Part shown: positions 23,796 to 35,468 of the stretch, in pieces
Position numbering within the stretch: the first letter of the stretch is position 1
How the letters are laid out: each line of letters begins with the position of its first letter
Assembly (NCBI GenBank): GCA_020723345.1
Contig: DYJA01000014.1
Coordinates: 9,293 to 73,292 of the forward strand
Direction: 5' to 3'
From: Candidatus Aquidulcis sp.
GTDB lineage: Bacteria; Chloroflexota; Anaerolineae; UBA4142
DNA: 64,000 nt
Program-made: the position numbers and the translations under genes
Notes under the pieces: model-generated
Seen by the model: the letters and a program-made list of their open reading frames with translations, nothing else
Databases searched by the model: none
What the model was told of the DNA's origin: nothing

Positions 23796-25097
23796 TTATT
23801 TCCGCGCGCGCGGTTTTGCCGCGCCGCCATTCGTCGGAATAAACCAGCCGACGGTGCGATTCGTTTCGCCGAGATATTTCGCGGCAACGCGCAGCACATC
23901 CTCCCGCGTTACCTTCGTCAGGTTGTCGAGAAACGATTCGTACATCTTGTAGGACGCGACCACTTCCAACTGCCCCAGCCAGCCGCCGACGTTCATCACG
24001 CCATCCATCGCGTACACGAATTGCGACCGGGCTTGTTTGATCACTTTGGCGAGTTCTTGCTCAGTCACACGCGTCGTCGCGATCTTTTCCAGTTCCACAA
24101 AAATCGCGCGCTCGACTTTTTCGCTGGCGACGCCGGGGCGGACAGTGGCGGCAACGTCCAGTGTGCCGGGATCAAGTGTCGCGCGAAAACTGCTGTCCAC
24201 GTCCACCGCGAGTCCGGTTTCGACGAGCGCGCGGTACAATCGCGACGAACGACCGGGGCTGCCATGCCCGGAGAAACTCATTCCGCCCACGCCGGACAAA
24301 ACGCCGACGAGGACAAAGACCGGAAAATAATCCGGGTCAGTGGCTTGCGGCGCGTGGTACGCCGCGTGAAAGTACGCCGCGGGACCGGGACGCCGCAAAA
24401 AGACGCGTCGCTCCCCTTCTTGCGGCGGCTCGACGGTTTTCACCGGCGGCGCGTCTTTGCCGCGCGGCAGCGCGCCAAACGCGTTTTGTATTTTCGCGAG
24501 CATCTCGTCGGCATCGAAATCGCCTGCCGCGACGATCACCGCGTTGTTCGGCGCGTAGTACGTTTTGTAATGCGCGTACAAATCGTCGCGCGTCATCGTT
24601 TCCAGATCGGTCTTCCAGCCAATCGTGTCGTGGTGGTACGGATGGACTTTGAATGCGGCGGCTTGGATTTCTTCGCCGAGCCAAAAGCGCGGTTCGTTCT
24701 CTGCGCCCTCGCGCTCGGAAATGATCACCGTGCGCTCGCTCGCCACTTCTTCCGGCGCGAATAGCGCGTTCACCATCCGATCCGATTCGATCCGCAACGC
24801 GAGATCGATCCGATCGCTCGGCAGCAATTCAAAGTACGCGGTGTAATCGCTCGAAGTAAACGCGTTGTCCACGCCGCCATTCCGATTGATCACGCGCATG
24901 ATTTCGCCTTTGTCGAGCGACGGCGTGCCCTTGAACATCATGTGCTCGACCCAGTGCGAAATCCCGGTGATGCCCGGCACTTCGTTGCGTGAACCGACGC
25001 GATACCACACCCAACATGTCGCGACGGGCGCGGTGCGGACGGGCTTGAGCAGAACCATCAGACCGTTGTCGAGATGCGCTTCTTTGATTTCTGACAT
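23796..25097 (-). CDS. M16-family zinc peptidase (pitrilysin-like)
   Basis: GISHWVEHMMFKGT contains the inverted zinc motif HxxEH. 433 aa. Confidence 0.9.
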   Translation of the reverse strand: MSEIKEAHLDNGLMVLLKPVRTAPVATCWVWYRVGSRNEVPGITGISHWVEHMMFKGTPSLDKGEIMRVINRNGGVDNAFTSSDYTAYFELLPSDRIDLALRIESDRMVNALFAPEEVASERTVIISEREGAENEPRFWLGEEIQAAAFKVHPYHHDTIGWKTDLETMTRDDLYAHYKTYYAPNNAVIVAAGDFDADEMLAKIQNAFGALPRGKDAPPVKTVEPPQEGERRVFLRRPGPAAYFHAAYHAPQATDPDYFPVFVLVGVLSGVGGMSFSGHGSPGRSSRLYRALVETGLAVDVDSSFRATLDPGTLDVAATVRPGVASEKVERAIFVELEKIATTRVTEQELAKVIKQARSQFVYAMDGVMNVGGWLGQLEVVASYKMYESFLDNLTKVTREDVLRVAAKYLGETNRTVGWFIPTNGGAAKPRARK

Positions 25098-25106
25098 TCC
25101 TTCCTC

Positions 25107-25176
25107 AATTCATAATTCAAAATTCGTAATTCAAAACTCACACTTGGAATTTCGAATTACGAATTTCGAATTTTCA
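25107..25176. repeat. heptamer-array hairpin (AATTCRW / CGAATTW)
   Basis: aattcat aattcaa aattcgt aattcaa aactcacacttgg aatttcg aattacg aatttcg aattttc. Lies between the mdh stop and the M16 start. Confidence 0.9.
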
Positions 25177-26115
25177 AATCCCCATCACCTTGTTCAACGC
25201 ACGCACCGCTTCGCCCGATTTTTGCAGCGCCGCCAATTCTTCCGCGTTGAGATTGAACTTGACGATCTCTTCAACTCCCCGCGCGCCCAATCGCACCGGC
25301 ACTCCGGCAAAGACACCTTTGATCCCGTACTCGCCGTCCAGATACGCGATGCACGGCAGAATCTTTTTCTTGTCGAACATGATCGCATCGACCATATCGA
25401 GGACCGCCGCGCTGGGCGCGAAGAATGCCGAACCGGTCTTGAGCAGGTTCACCACTTCTGCGCCGCCGTCGCGCGTCCGCTTGACCAGCGCGTCGATCTT
25501 TTCTTTCGGCAGCAATTCGGTGATCGGCACACCCGCGACCGTCGTGTAGCGCGGCAGCGGCACCATTTGATCGCCGTGCGCGCCGAGGACGTACGCGTCC
25601 ACGTTTTGCACCGACACGCCGAGTTCTTGCGCGACGAACGTGCGAAAGCGCGCGCTGTCGAGCACACCGGCTTGACCGATAACGCGATGTTTCGGAAACT
25701 GGGTGACGTGCCACATCAATTGCGTCATCGCGTCGACCGGATTCGTCACGACGATGACCATGGCGTTCGGCGCGTGCTTGGCGATTTGCTCCGCCCACCC
25801 GCCGACGATTTGCATGTTCGTGAGAATCAGATCGTCGCGGCTCATGCCGGGCTTGCGCGTGATGCCGGCGGTCATCACGACAATGTCCGAATTCGCGATC
25901 TTTTCGTAGCCCGCGCCATCCTTGATCGTGACGCCGCTGACATTTACGTCGTATCCGAGAATCGGTCCCGTTTCGAGCAAATCCAACGCCTTGCCTTCCG
26001 CGACGAATTCCGTCACATCGGCAAGCAGCACATCCGCGTAATTCCGTTCCGCTATGCGTTGCGCGGTTGTCGCGCCGACAAAACCCGCGCCGACCACCGT
26101 AATTTTCTTATGCAC
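25174..26115 (-). CDS. mdh: malate dehydrogenase (LDH-like family)
   Basis: Trimmed to GTG 26115 (GGAAGGA upstream): [18 protein letters not shown]... Has the Rossmann motif and GAHGD. Overlaps the upstream gene by 8 nt. Confidence 0.88.
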   Translation of the reverse strand: MHKKITVVGAGFVGATTAQRIAERNYADVLLADVTEFVAEGKALDLLETGPILGYDVNVSGVTIKDGAGYEKIANSDIVVMTAGITRKPGMSRDDLILTNMQIVGGWAEQIAKHAPNAMVIVVTNPVDAMTQLMWHVTQFPKHRVIGQAGVLDSARFRTFVAQELGVSVQNVDAYVLGAHGDQMVPLPRYTTVAGVPITELLPKEKIDALVKRTRDGGAEVVNLLKTGSAFFAPSAAVLDMVDAIMFDKKKILPCIAYLDGEYGIKGVFAGVPVRLGARGVEEIVKFNLNAEELAALQKSGEAVRALNKVMGI

Positions 26116-27085
26116 TGCTATTTCCTTCCGCCGCTTTGACCTTTTGCAGCGCGGCAACTGCGACCTCGATCATCTTGGCGTCCGGCTCGCGCGTTGTCAA
26201 CGATTGGAGCGCGAGACTGGGCTGAACGACAAGATAATTCAGCAATGAAATATTTTTGTGCGCCGCGCTGAACTTGATCAGTTCGTAACTCAACGCGGCG
26301 ACGACCGGCACCAACACGATGCGCGAAATAATCCGCCACTCGATTGGCGGACGCCCGAGCAGCGCGAACACAAAAATCGAAACGACGACGACGACGAGCA
26401 AAAAGCCGGTGCCGCAGCGCGGGTGCTCTTTGCTGTACTGGTGAATCGTCTCCGGCACGAGCGCGACGCCCGCCTCGTCCGCGGCAATCGTTTTGTGCTC
26501 CGCGCCGTGATACGCAAAGACGCGCCGCACATCCGGCATCAGCCCGATCAGATAAATGTACGCAAGGAACAACGCGAGCCGAATCAATCCTTCGAGAATA
26601 TTACTCGCGAGCGATGCTACGTCCGCGCTCGCGAAGGTTGCCGTCAAGTACGGATCGGCAAAATTCACCAGCACGAGCGGCGACACAAAAAACAACCCGA
26701 TCCCGAATGCGAGCGCGATGAGCACCGTACCGAGCGCGACGCCTACCGGGATCGCGCTAGGCGTCGCGCTTGCGTTATCCGGCTGCGCCGCGTTCGTCAT
26801 CGCGGGGTTCTTTGCCGCTTCCTTTTTGACTTCTTCTTCGACCGCGATATTCGCCGAGTACATCAGCATTTTGGTGCCGAGCACCAGCGTATCCCACAAG
26901 ATCGTCATCGCGCGCAAGAAGGGAATTTTCGACCAGCGGCTCGTATAAATCGCCGGAGAAAGCGGCTCACTCGTCGAGACGATGTTCCCTTGCGGATCGC
27001 GCACCGCGCACGCCACATACCGACGTCCGCGCATCATCACGCCTTCGATGACCGCCTGACCGCCGTACAAAATTTTGTCGCTCAA
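26108..27085 (-). CDS. DUF1385 (YqhQ-like) membrane protein
   Basis: [20 protein letters not shown]... and ...[10 protein letters not shown] are typical of DUF1385. Confidence 0.85.
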   Translation of the reverse strand: MSDKILYGGQAVIEGVMMRGRRYVACAVRDPQGNIVSTSEPLSPAIYTSRWSKIPFLRAMTILWDTLVLGTKMLMYSANIAVEEEVKKEAAKNPAMTNAAQPDNASATPSAIPVGVALGTVLIALAFGIGLFFVSPLVLVNFADPYLTATFASADVASLASNILEGLIRLALFLAYIYLIGLMPDVRRVFAYHGAEHKTIAADEAGVALVPETIHQYSKEHPRCGTGFLLVVVVVSIFVFALLGRPPIEWRIISRIVLVPVVAALSYELIKFSAAHKNISLLNYLVVQPSLALQSLTTREPDAKMIEVAVAALQKVKAAEGNSSA

Positions 27086-27087
27086 TT

Positions 27088-28392
27088 CTACCCCTTTGTA
27101 TTTGCAATTTCCTCAAGCATCGCCATCGTCATCGACTTGGGACGCTCAATCGGCTGACCGAGCGCGCGCGCCCAGATCAGATTCGCGGTCACGCCGAGCG
27201 CGCGGCTGACGCCGAACAACACCGTGTAAAAATCAAATTCGCGCACGCCGTAGTGATACTGCAACGCGCCGCTGATCGCGTCCACATTGGGCCACGGATT
27301 CTTCGCTTTGCCTTGCGCCTTGAGCACACCCGGCAGAACTTGATAAACGAGATCGGCAAGTTGGAAGAGTTCGTCGTTCGGAAAATACTTTTTGCCAAAT
27401 TCGTACTGCGCGATAAAGCGCGGATCAGGTGTGCGAAGTACCGCGTGACCGTACCCCGGAATCACTTTGCCGGCTGCGAGCGTTTCGTTCGCGAACTGTT
27501 CGAGTTGTTCCTTCGTCGGCACGCCGTTGAATTTTTTGTAAACACTCAACAGCCAGCCAAGACACTCTTGATTTGCAAGACCGTGCAGCGGTCCCGCCAA
27601 GCCATTCATGCCCGCCGCGAACGCGAGATACACATCGGACAGCGCCGAGCCGACGAGGTGAACCGCGTGCGCGCTCACATTCCCGCTCTCGTGATCGGAA
27701 TGGATGATCATGTACAAGCGCGTGAGGTCTTCGTACTCTTTATTTGCGACGCCCAGTTCGTGCGCGAAATTGCCTGCCCAGTCCAAACCGGGATCGGCGC
27801 GTCCCACTTCACACTTGCTGTACTTGCGGCAATAAATCATCGCGGCAAGCACGGGCAGCTTGGCGATCAAATTCAGGCTGTCTTCCAGCGCGGCGATCCA
27901 ATATTCGTCCTTCTTCATTCCCGCGCTGTACCGCTTGACAAATTGCGATTCGGTTTGTAACGCCAAAACACCTTGCGAGAACAGCGTCATCGGATGCGTT
28001 TCATCCGGCATCGCGCGCAAAACATTTTCGACGTGAGCGGGTATCGCCGCGCGCGCTTTCCATTCCGCTTCGACCGCCAATGCCTGCTCGGTCGTCGGCA
28101 ATTCGCCGGTCAAGAGCAAATAGTACAGCCCGCCGACGTACGGCATCGTCGCGCTTTTCGCCTTCGGCAGTTTCTCCAAAACTTCGGGAATCGTGTACCC
28201 GCGCAAACGAATCCCGGTCGCGGGATCGACGTACGAAATATCGGTGACGAGTACCTCGACATCGCGCATCCCGCCAAACACTTGATCAATTGTGAAATCG
28301 TTGACCCTGACGTTGCCTTGTTCCTTGACAAGTTTGCGCGCCCGCTCGCGCCACGCCGGCAAAATCTCGGTCATCTTGTCTTGCAGGATCAT
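27088..28392 (-). CDS. citrate synthase
   Basis: 434 aa. [14 protein letters not shown] and [11 protein letters not shown] catalytic-region signatures. The start could instead be the second Met (MTEILPAW). Confidence 0.9.
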   Translation of the reverse strand: MILQDKMTEILPAWRERARKLVKEQGNVRVNDFTIDQVFGGMRDVEVLVTDISYVDPATGIRLRGYTIPEVLEKLPKAKSATMPYVGGLYYLLLTGELPTTEQALAVEAEWKARAAIPAHVENVLRAMPDETHPMTLFSQGVLALQTESQFVKRYSAGMKKDEYWIAALEDSLNLIAKLPVLAAMIYCRKYSKCEVGRADPGLDWAGNFAHELGVANKEYEDLTRLYMIIHSDHESGNVSAHAVHLVGSALSDVYLAFAAGMNGLAGPLHGLANQECLGWLLSVYKKFNGVPTKEQLEQFANETLAAGKVIPGYGHAVLRTPDPRFIAQYEFGKKYFPNDELFQLADLVYQVLPGVLKAQGKAKNPWPNVDAISGALQYHYGVREFDFYTVLFGVSRALGVTANLIWARALGQPIERPKSMTMAMLEEIANTKG

Positions 28393-28571
28393 TTCATCAA
28401 TCCTCCAGAGGAAATTGCTTCCAAACCATCATTGGTTTAGATGCGCTCATCGCTTGTTGGTTTCAAGCGCCAGGATTGTACACGAGTGACGGGGCAATGT
28501 CAATGCCCGACTATCTTTTGACACACCTCCCCCCTTGTGTTATTATTGTGCCCGAATTCAAGGAGTTGCCA

Positions 28572-30953
28572 ATGCCTCGCAAGAACGGCGAAAAGAAAAT
28601 CCAAGTCATCTCGAACGAAATAGCCAATCTGCCGGAGTACGCGCTGGTCCCGGTGCGCGATACGGTGATCTTTCCGCATTTGATGAGTCCGCTCATCGTC
28701 GGACGCGATCGTTCGGTGCGCGCCATCGAGACTGCCAACGCGAACAATCAACGCGTCGTCGTCTTTCTTCAGCGCGATCCCGAAATCCAGGATCCGTACT
28801 TTGAAGATTTATTTTCCATCGGCACCGAAGTTTCACTCGGACGAATGTTGCGGATGCCGGACGGCACGTCGTCTGTGATCGCGCAAGGCGAAGCGCGCGT
28901 ACGATTAGTCGAGATCACCCAGCTCGAACCGTACCTGCGCGCGCGCGTGATGCCGATTGTCGATCCGCGCGACAAGACGCTGGAAACCGAAGCGCTGATG
29001 CGCGCGGTCCTCGCGCTGTTCGAAAAAGCGGTCCACCTCACACCCAATTTGCCGGACGATGCGTACATCGCGGCGATGAATTCCGATACGTCCGGCGCGC
29101 TCGCCGATCTCGTCGGCTCGACGCTGAACCTGCCGATTGAAAAACGCCAGGACTTGCTCGACACGCTCGACCCGATTACGCGGCTGCAAAAAGTTTCCGT
29201 CGCGCTCGCCAAAGAACTCGACGTGCTGGAATTGCAGAGCAAGATTCACACCCAGGTCCAAGAAGAAGTCGACAAGACCCAGCGCGAATATTATTTGCGC
29301 GAACAGATCAAAGTGATCCAGCACGAACTCGGCGAGACGGACGCGCAAACGCGCGAGACGAACGAACTGCGCGAGAAAATCACGCAAGCCGGTATGTCGA
29401 AAGAAGCGCGCGACAAAGCGGAGCACGAGCTGGGACGCCTCACGCAAATGCCAAGCGCCGCGCCCGAAACCGCGATCATTCGCACGTACCTCGACTGGCT
29501 GATCGCGCTGCCCTGGGTCAAAGCGACGACCGACAATCTCGATATTCCCGCCGCCGCGAAACTTTTGGACGAACAACATTACGGCTTGAAGAAAGCGAAA
29601 GAGCGCATCCTCGAATACATCGCCGTCCGCAAACTCGCCGCCGAAAAAATGCGCTCGCCGATTTTGTGTTTCGTCGGACCGCCCGGCACCGGCAAGACTT
29701 CGATGGGGCGCTCGATCGCGCAGGCATTGGGGCGCACGTTCGTGCGCGTCTCGCTCGGCGGCATCCACGACGAAGCGGAAATCCGCGGGCATCGCCGCAC
29801 GTACATCGGCGCGCTGCCGGGGCGCATCCTCCAAACGATGAAACGCGCCGGGACGATCAATCCGATCTTTATGCTCGACGAAGTGGACAAGATCGGCATG
29901 GACTTTCGCGGCGATCCGAGCGCGGCGCTGCTCGAAGTGCTCGACCCGGAACAGAATCACGCGTTCAGCGATCACTATCTCGACGTGGCGTACGATCTAT
30001 CCAAAGTCATGTTCATTACGACCGCGAACATTCTCGAACCGATTCCACCCGCGCTGCGCGACCGCATGGAAGTCATCGAGTTTCCCGGTTACATCGAAGA
30101 AGAAAAAGTCGCGATTGCCCGACAATTTCTGGTGCCACGCCAAAAAGAAGAGCACGGACTCAAAGAAACGCCTAAATTTTCGGATGAGGCGGTGCGCGGT
30201 TTGATTCGCGAGTACACCTACGAAGCCGGTGTCCGCAATCTCGAACGCGAGATTGCGAACATTTGCCGCAAAGTCGCGCGCACGGTCGCGGAAGGCAAGC
30301 GCGCCCCGGCAAGCGTCACGGGCGAAGCGTTGTTCAAATATCTGGGTCCGACGAAATTCACGTACGGCGTGAAAGAAGAAAAGGACGAAATCGGCGTGGC
30401 GACCGGCGTCGCGGTCTCTGACGCCGGCGGCGACACGATGGCGGTCGAAGTAACGCTGATGCGCGGCAAAGGCGGCTTGATGCTCACCGGACAACTCGGC
30501 GACGTGATGCAGGAATCCGCGCAAGCCGCGCTGTCGTACGCGCGTACGCACTCGCGCGAACTGGGACTCAAAGTAAATTTCGACAAACTCGATATTCACA
30601 TTCACGTCCCCGAAGGCGCGATCCCGAAGGACGGTCCGTCGGCGGGGATCACGATTGCGACCGCGCTGATCAGCGCGCTCTCGCGCCGCGCCGTCCATCG
30701 CGACGTCGCGATGACCGGCGAAATCACGCTGCGCGGGCGCGTCTTGCCCATCGGCGGCTTGCGCGACAAAGTGCTTGCCGCGCATCGCGCCGGTTTGAAG
30801 ACGATGCTCATTCCAAAGAAAAACAAAAAAGACATGGTGGACATTCCGAAAAAAGTCCAGCGCGAAATGCAATTCGTGTACGTCGAGCGGATGGATCAGG
30901 TTTTGCCAGTCGCGCTTTCGCGCGGTATGCAGGCGAAGCGGGGAGGCAAATAA
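28572..30953 (+). CDS. lon: ATP-dependent Lon protease (endopeptidase La)
   Basis: Trimmed to MPRKNGEKK... (ATG 28572, AAGGAG upstream). GPPGTGKTS Walker A and [10 protein letters not shown] catalytic Ser. Confidence 0.95.
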   Translation: MPRKNGEKKIQVISNEIANLPEYALVPVRDTVIFPHLMSPLIVGRDRSVRAIETANANNQRVVVFLQRDPEIQDPYFEDLFSIGTEVSLGRMLRMPDGTSSVIAQGEARVRLVEITQLEPYLRARVMPIVDPRDKTLETEALMRAVLALFEKAVHLTPNLPDDAYIAAMNSDTSGALADLVGSTLNLPIEKRQDLLDTLDPITRLQKVSVALAKELDVLELQSKIHTQVQEEVDKTQREYYLREQIKVIQHELGETDAQTRETNELREKITQAGMSKEARDKAEHELGRLTQMPSAAPETAIIRTYLDWLIALPWVKATTDNLDIPAAAKLLDEQHYGLKKAKERILEYIAVRKLAAEKMRSPILCFVGPPGTGKTSMGRSIAQALGRTFVRVSLGGIHDEAEIRGHRRTYIGALPGRILQTMKRAGTINPIFMLDEVDKIGMDFRGDPSAALLEVLDPEQNHAFSDHYLDVAYDLSKVMFITTANILEPIPPALRDRMEVIEFPGYIEEEKVAIARQFLVPRQKEEHGLKETPKFSDEAVRGLIREYTYEAGVRNLEREIANICRKVARTVAEGKRAPASVTGEALFKYLGPTKFTYGVKEEKDEIGVATGVAVSDAGGDTMAVEVTLMRGKGGLMLTGQLGDVMQESAQAALSYARTHSRELGLKVNFDKLDIHIHVPEGAIPKDGPSAGITIATALISALSRRAVHRDVAMTGEITLRGRVLPIGGLRDKVLAAHRAGLKTMLIPKKNKKDMVDIPKKVQREMQFVYVERMDQVLPVALSRGMQAKRGGK

Positions 30954-31222
30954 TGAATTATCAAGATCGGATCACGTTGGAACCAGGCAAGCGCGGAGGC
31001 AAGCCGTGTATCCGGGGCATGCGAATTACGGTGTACGATGTGCTCGACTATCTCGCCTCTGGAATGACGCCACAAGAAATCCTTGCCGATTTTCCATATT
31101 TGACCAAAGAGGATATTCTCGCTTGCCTTAGTATTACAGCGCAATGTTCCACTGAACGGACGTTCCAAGCACAGAGTCGGTTCAGAAACGAGCCACAGGT
31201 TGCGCCCAAAATCTATCGCTGA
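30953..31222 (+). CDS. DUF433 domain protein (antitoxin-like), orphan
   Basis: ITLEPGKRGGKPCIRGMRITVYDVLDYLASGMTPQEILADFPYLTKEDILACL is the DUF433 pattern. TAATG overlap with the lon stop. No DUF5615 partner follows. Confidence 0.75.
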   Translation: MNYQDRITLEPGKRGGKPCIRGMRITVYDVLDYLASGMTPQEILADFPYLTKEDILACLSITAQCSTERTFQAQSRFRNEPQVAPKIYR

Positions 31223-31403
31223 CCACTACATCTTGCATAGAACGCAGGTGCGACTCAACTTTGCGCTGTAATATTAGTTACGCTGCTACGCGTGAGACGG
31301 AGTTCTAATGTTGCCTTGAAGCCAGCATGATGTGCCGCTATTTTGTGACAGCCTTTTACAAAAAGCAAGGAGCATCGCTAATTCAAAGATTGGAGAAAAA
31401 GAG

Positions 31404-31758
31404 ATGTATGCGCCCATTCCCTACACGGCACAACCTAAACAGTCACGCTGGGGAATTGCATCTTTCGTATTTTCCCTGCTGACCAATTTCTCTCTATGGA
31501 TTGGCAATTGCACTACAACAGGGCGGATTGCCCCAAAACTCAATTCTCGCTACAGTTCTAGGCTGGGCTGTTATCGTTGCCTTTTTCGCGAATATGATTG
31601 CTATTGCATTTGGCATCATTGGGATTATCGAGAAAAATACAAAGAAGGCTTTCGCGATACTAGGCATATCTCTCAGTCTGTTGGTTTTCTTTTTAGTATG
31701 TGTGCTAATATGCTTGCTCACCATGCTCATGATGTCCATGGTAGGCGGATTCCGATAA
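31404..31758 (+). pseudogene. small membrane protein apparently split by a +1 frameshift near 31483-31510
   Basis: Frame A (ATG 31404, GGAGA upstream) gives MYAPIPYTAQPKQSRWGIASFVFSLLTNFSLW. Frame B opens at 31483 and continues ...IALQQGGLPQNSILATVLGWAVIVAFFANMIAIAFGIIGIIEK...MMSMVGGFR. Alternatively, frame B alone (TTG 31501) is the gene. Confidence 0.35.
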
Positions 31759-31846
31759 ATACCTGTTCGCGTGGCGCGTTGGCGTGATCGGTGTGCTATA
31801 GGTTCTCAGCATACAGATCGCACAAAGAGTGACATAGGAAAGACAA

Positions 31847-32176
31847 ATGAGTACGATTCAGGAAGCCGAAAAATTACTAACCGCGTTGACACGCGCGGAA
31901 AAAGCCCAATTACTTCAGTGGGTTGTCCGAGACCTGGGTGATGCTTTTCCCGGGATCGAAAGTACAGCAGATGTCTGCGGCGGCGAACCACGGATCGTAC
32001 GCACGCGCATTCCGGTTTGGGTCTTGGTGCAATCCAAACAACTCGGCATCAGTGAAGCAGACATACTGCGCGCCTATCCAACCATCAATGCCGAAGATTT
32101 GGCAAATGCCTGGGCATATTATCGCTCTCATCACGGCGAGATCGAACAGCAGATCCGCGAAAACGAGGAAGCGTGA
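31847..32176 (+). CDS. DUF433 domain protein (antitoxin-like)
   Basis: ...GIESTADVCGGEPRIVRTRIPVWVLVQSKQLGISEADILRAYPTINAEDLANAWAYY is the DUF433 pattern. 4-nt overlap with the downstream gene. Confidence 0.8.
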   Translation: MSTIQEAEKLLTALTRAEKAQLLQWVVRDLGDAFPGIESTADVCGGEPRIVRTRIPVWVLVQSKQLGISEADILRAYPTINAEDLANAWAYYRSHHGEIEQQIRENEEA

Positions 32177-32517
32177 TGGCGCGATTGTACTCGAACGAAA
32201 ATTTCCCGCTTCCGGTGGTCGAAGAATTGCGCCGATTGGGGCATGATGTCTTGACAATTCAAGAAACTGGGCAAGCCGGTCAGTCAGTTCCTGACGAAAA
32301 AGTATTGGCGTTCGCTTGCGCCGAAAAACGAATGCTCTTGACCATCAATCGCAAACATTTCGTTCGACTCGATAATCAAAAACGCGATCACTGTGGCATC
32401 ATTGCTTGCACACTTGACCCAGACTTTGTTGCATTGGCATATCGAATCCATTCCGCGATTCAAGAGCACGAACATAGTTCTAAACCGCTCATCCGTGTCA
32501 ATCGTCCCGCACACTAA
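32173..32517 (+). CDS. DUF5615 (PIN-like, Mut7-C-related) putative toxin
   Basis: RLYSNENFPLPVVEELRRLGHDVLTIQETGQAGQSVPDEKVLAFACAEKRMLLTINRKHF is the typical DUF5615 pattern. Confidence 0.75.
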   Translation: MMARLYSNENFPLPVVEELRRLGHDVLTIQETGQAGQSVPDEKVLAFACAEKRMLLTINRKHFVRLDNQKRDHCGIIACTLDPDFVALAYRIHSAIQEHEHSSKPLIRVNRPAH

Positions 32518-32540
32518 ACGAGTCTTTTACAAAACGACAC

Positions 32541-32575
32541 AATCATAAATCGAAAATCCAAAATCGAAAATCCCC
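32541..32575. repeat. direct heptamer array (AATCRWA x5), no clear complementary arm
   Basis: aatcata aatcgaa aatccaa aatcgaa aatcccc. Related to the arrays at 51557 and 53753. Confidence 0.8.
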
Positions 32576-32587
32576 AAAGGAGTCCCC

Positions 32588-32974
32588 TTGGTCAACTGTC
32601 CTAATTGCCATCATCCGGTTCCGGACAACCAACGTTTCTGCGGCAACTGCGGTTCGGATGTCAGCGCGGCGCAGCCCGCCACGCCGCCCGGCGCGCCCAT
32701 CGGTCAAGAGCAAGCCGCGCCGTACGCGTACTCGCAGCCGGCGGGCTACGGCTACGAACCACAACCGATCGGCGAGCCGTCACGTCCCGTGGCTGGGCGA
32801 ATGATTATCATGATCGCTGTGCTGATTCTCGCGGCGTGCTGCGCGTTCGCGTGCGGAATTCTGATCGGCTTTGAAGCAAGTCCTATCGTCTTTCCCAGCA
32901 ACACTCCGGGACCGACGCCGCGCCCCACGCGCGAAGGGTTGCTGCCGATTTTGTACGCGCTCGGTCTCGCGTAG
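32588..32974 (+). CDS. zinc-ribbon domain membrane protein
   Basis: TTG start. VNCPNCHHPVPDNQRFCGNCG zinc ribbon, Pro-rich linker, one TM helix. The stop lies inside a GTAGG palindrome. Confidence 0.7.
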   Translation: MVNCPNCHHPVPDNQRFCGNCGSDVSAAQPATPPGAPIGQEQAAPYAYSQPAGYGYEPQPIGEPSRPVAGRMIIMIAVLILAACCAFACGILIGFEASPIVFPSNTPGPTPRPTREGLLPILYALGLA

Positions 32975-32998
32975 GACAAATTTGCAAATTTGTCCTAC
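32971..32998. repeat. REP-like 28-nt perfect palindrome, GGACAAATTT family
   Basis: gtaggacaaatttgcaaatttgtcctac. Contains the TAG stop of the zinc-ribbon gene. Confidence 0.9.
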
Positions 32999-33009
32999 AA
33001 CCAATCTCC

Positions 33010-34401
33010 ATGAACTCTGACGAAATCCTCGCCCTCTACCGCCAAGGACAAAACGAAACGCTCACGTTCGAAGTGGAGAGCGTCTCGCTTAACCATCTTG
33101 CCGAAACACTTGCCGCGTTCGCGAATACGAACGGCGGCATTGTGCTTTTCGGCGTCGACGCGAGCAGCGGCGCGGTGCGCGGCATTCGCGACGTCGACGC
33201 CGCGATTGACAAAGCACTCGCCGCCGGGCTGCGCTGCGAACCGCCGCTGATCTTGTCGCGCCCGGAAAGCGCGGCGATTGAGGAGAAAGAAATTCTGGTG
33301 ATCCAAGTTTCGCCCGGACTGCCGCACGCGTACGGTCTGCGCGGAAAATATCTCGCGCGCTCAGGCAAAAAGACAGTTGCGCTCGGTCCGCGCCAACTGC
33401 GCCAACTTTTGCGCGAACGCGGCGAAGCGAACTTTGAAGCGCTCCCCGCGCCCGGCGCGACGCTCGACGATCTCGACGACGCGCTCGTGCAAAAATACGC
33501 CGGGCTATTCTTGGGCGACGCGCTGCACAAAAAAGACGCGGTGATCGATCTACTTGCGCGGCGCGGTTGTCTCGCCAAAGACGGCAGCGCGTGGCGACCG
33601 ACGATTTCAGGTTATTTGCTTTTGGGGCGCGAGCCGCAGCGCGCGTTTCCGAGCGCGGAAATTTTGCTCGCGCGGTATTCCGGCAAACAGATGGAAGACG
33701 AGTTTATGCGCGAGGTCGTGCGCGGTCCGCTGCCGGAACAAATTCGCCGCGCCGAAACGTGGCTGACCGCGAACATGCGCAAAGGATCGCGCATCGACGC
33801 GTTCCAGCGCGCCGACCGCGCCGAGTACCCGCTGCCCGCCGTGCGCGAAGCCATCGTCAACGCGGTCGCGCACCGCGATTACGCGATTCGCGGCGACGAG
33901 ATTCGCGTCTTGATGTTCAGCGATCGGATCGAGGTGTACAGCCCCGGACGTTTGCCCGGTCACGTCACAGTCGAAAACATCGTGGACGAACGCTTTTCGC
34001 GGAATGAAGTGATCGCGCAGGTGCTCGCCGATCTCGGTTTCATCGAACGTCTGGGGTACGGGATCGACCGGATGATTCGCCAGATGCGCGAGTGGGGCTT
34101 GTCCGCGCCGCGTTTTGCGGAAACGACGAACGGTTTCAAAGTGACTCTGCGGGGTCCCGGCGAAAAACTCGTGACTGCCGAAACCGAAAAGTCGAAATGG
34201 CGCAAACTGGATTTGAACGATCGTCAACTTTCCGCGCTCGATTTCATCGCCAAGAACCAGCGCGTCACCAACCGCGATTTTCGCGATCTGTTCCCGGACG
34301 TGAGCGAAGAAACGATTCGCCGCGATCTCGCCGATTTGGTGGAAAAGGACGCGCTGATTAAAATGGGCGACAAGAAGGGGACGTATTACATTTTGAAATA
34401 G
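33010..34401 (+). CDS. AlbA_2 / HATPase_c_4 / wHTH protein (COG2865, often mis-annotated RecG-like)
   Basis: N-terminal ETLTFEVES...AFANTNGGIVLFGV (AlbA_2), central REAIVNAVAHRDY (HATPase_c_4) and a C-terminal wHTH. Confidence 0.8.
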   Translation: MNSDEILALYRQGQNETLTFEVESVSLNHLAETLAAFANTNGGIVLFGVDASSGAVRGIRDVDAAIDKALAAGLRCEPPLILSRPESAAIEEKEILVIQVSPGLPHAYGLRGKYLARSGKKTVALGPRQLRQLLRERGEANFEALPAPGATLDDLDDALVQKYAGLFLGDALHKKDAVIDLLARRGCLAKDGSAWRPTISGYLLLGREPQRAFPSAEILLARYSGKQMEDEFMREVVRGPLPEQIRRAETWLTANMRKGSRIDAFQRADRAEYPLPAVREAIVNAVAHRDYAIRGDEIRVLMFSDRIEVYSPGRLPGHVTVENIVDERFSRNEVIAQVLADLGFIERLGYGIDRMIRQMREWGLSAPRFAETTNGFKVTLRGPGEKLVTAETEKSKWRKLDLNDRQLSALDFIAKNQRVTNRDFRDLFPDVSEETIRRDLADLVEKDALIKMGDKKGTYYILK

Positions 34402-34413
34402 AATCGGTGACCT

Positions 34414-35370
34414 ATGACCAGACCACGCTACTCAATCGTCGCGCCCGTTTTCAACGAAGAAGAAACGCTGCCCGAATTTTATCGCCGCACGCGCGCGGTG
34501 ATGGATCAACTCGACGGCGCGTGCGAATTGCTGCTCGTGTTCGACGGCAGCCGCGACCGCTCGCCCGAGATCGGGCGCGAATTGCGCGCGCAGGATCCGC
34601 GCGTCAAGTGCATTGTCTTTTCGCGCAACTTTGGGCATCAGATCGCGATCAGCGCGGGCATCGATTACGCGGAAGGCGACGCCGTCGTCATCATCGACTC
34701 GGATTTGCAAGACCCACCCGAAGTGATCCCCGCGCTCGTCGCAAAATGGAAAGAGGGTTTTCAGGTCGTATTCGCGCAGCGCGCCAAACGACTCGGCGAA
34801 ACTTTTTTCAAGTTGTTCACCGCCGCGTTTTTCTACCGCCTGATCCGCCGCCTCGCCTCGATTGATATTCCAGCAGACACCGGCGATTTTCGTTTGGTCG
34901 ATCGTCAAGTTGTCCTCGCGATGCGCCAATTCCGCGAGCATCATCGATTCATGCGCGGCTTGTCGGTCTGGGTTGGCTTTAAACAAACAGGCGTCCAGTA
35001 CGAACGTCAAGAGCGCTACGCGGGCGCGACGCAGTATCCGTTGAAGCGCATGATCAAATTCGCGACCGATGCGATCACCGGCTTTTCGTACGTGCCGCTC
35101 CAACTCGCGACGACGATCGGGCTGTGGATTTCCGGGATCGCGCTCCTGGCGATTCCGGTTGTGGCGGTGTTGCGGGTCGAGTTCGGACGCGAATTTTTCG
35201 GCGGTCAGGCGACGACGCTCATCTCGGTGCTTTTCCTCGGCGGCGTGCAACTAATTTTCCTCGGCATCATCGGCGAGTACCTGGGACGCATTTACGATGA
35301 AGTCAAAAATCGCCCGCTCTACATCGTGGCGGAAGCGCCGCCGAAACCGAAAGACGAAGACGAACAATAA
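34414..35370 (+). CDS. family 2 glycosyltransferase (polyprenyl-phosphate glycosyltransferase, DPM1/ArnC-like)
   Basis: [17 protein letters not shown]..., [12 protein letters not shown] (DxD) and two C-terminal TM helices. Confidence 0.9.
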   Translation: MTRPRYSIVAPVFNEEETLPEFYRRTRAVMDQLDGACELLLVFDGSRDRSPEIGRELRAQDPRVKCIVFSRNFGHQIAISAGIDYAEGDAVVIIDSDLQDPPEVIPALVAKWKEGFQVVFAQRAKRLGETFFKLFTAAFFYRLIRRLASIDIPADTGDFRLVDRQVVLAMRQFREHHRFMRGLSVWVGFKQTGVQYERQERYAGATQYPLKRMIKFATDAITGFSYVPLQLATTIGLWISGIALLAIPVVAVLRVEFGREFFGGQATTLISVLFLGGVQLIFLGIIGEYLGRIYDEVKNRPLYIVAEAPPKPKDEDEQ

Positions 35371-35394
35371 CACCCTCATACCGAAAATCTTTTC

Positions 35395-35457
35395 CACGAA
35401 GGACACGAAGATCACGAAGGATTCTTGATCTGCTTCGTGTCCTTCGTGTTCTTTGTG
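35395..35457. repeat. short-period (9 nt, CACGAAGGA) hairpin
   Basis: cacgaagga cacgaagat cacgaagga ttcttgatctg cttcgtg tccttcgtg ttctttgtg. Lies between the GT2 stop and the methyltransferase start. Confidence 0.85.
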
Positions 35458-35468
35458 AAACAAACGGA

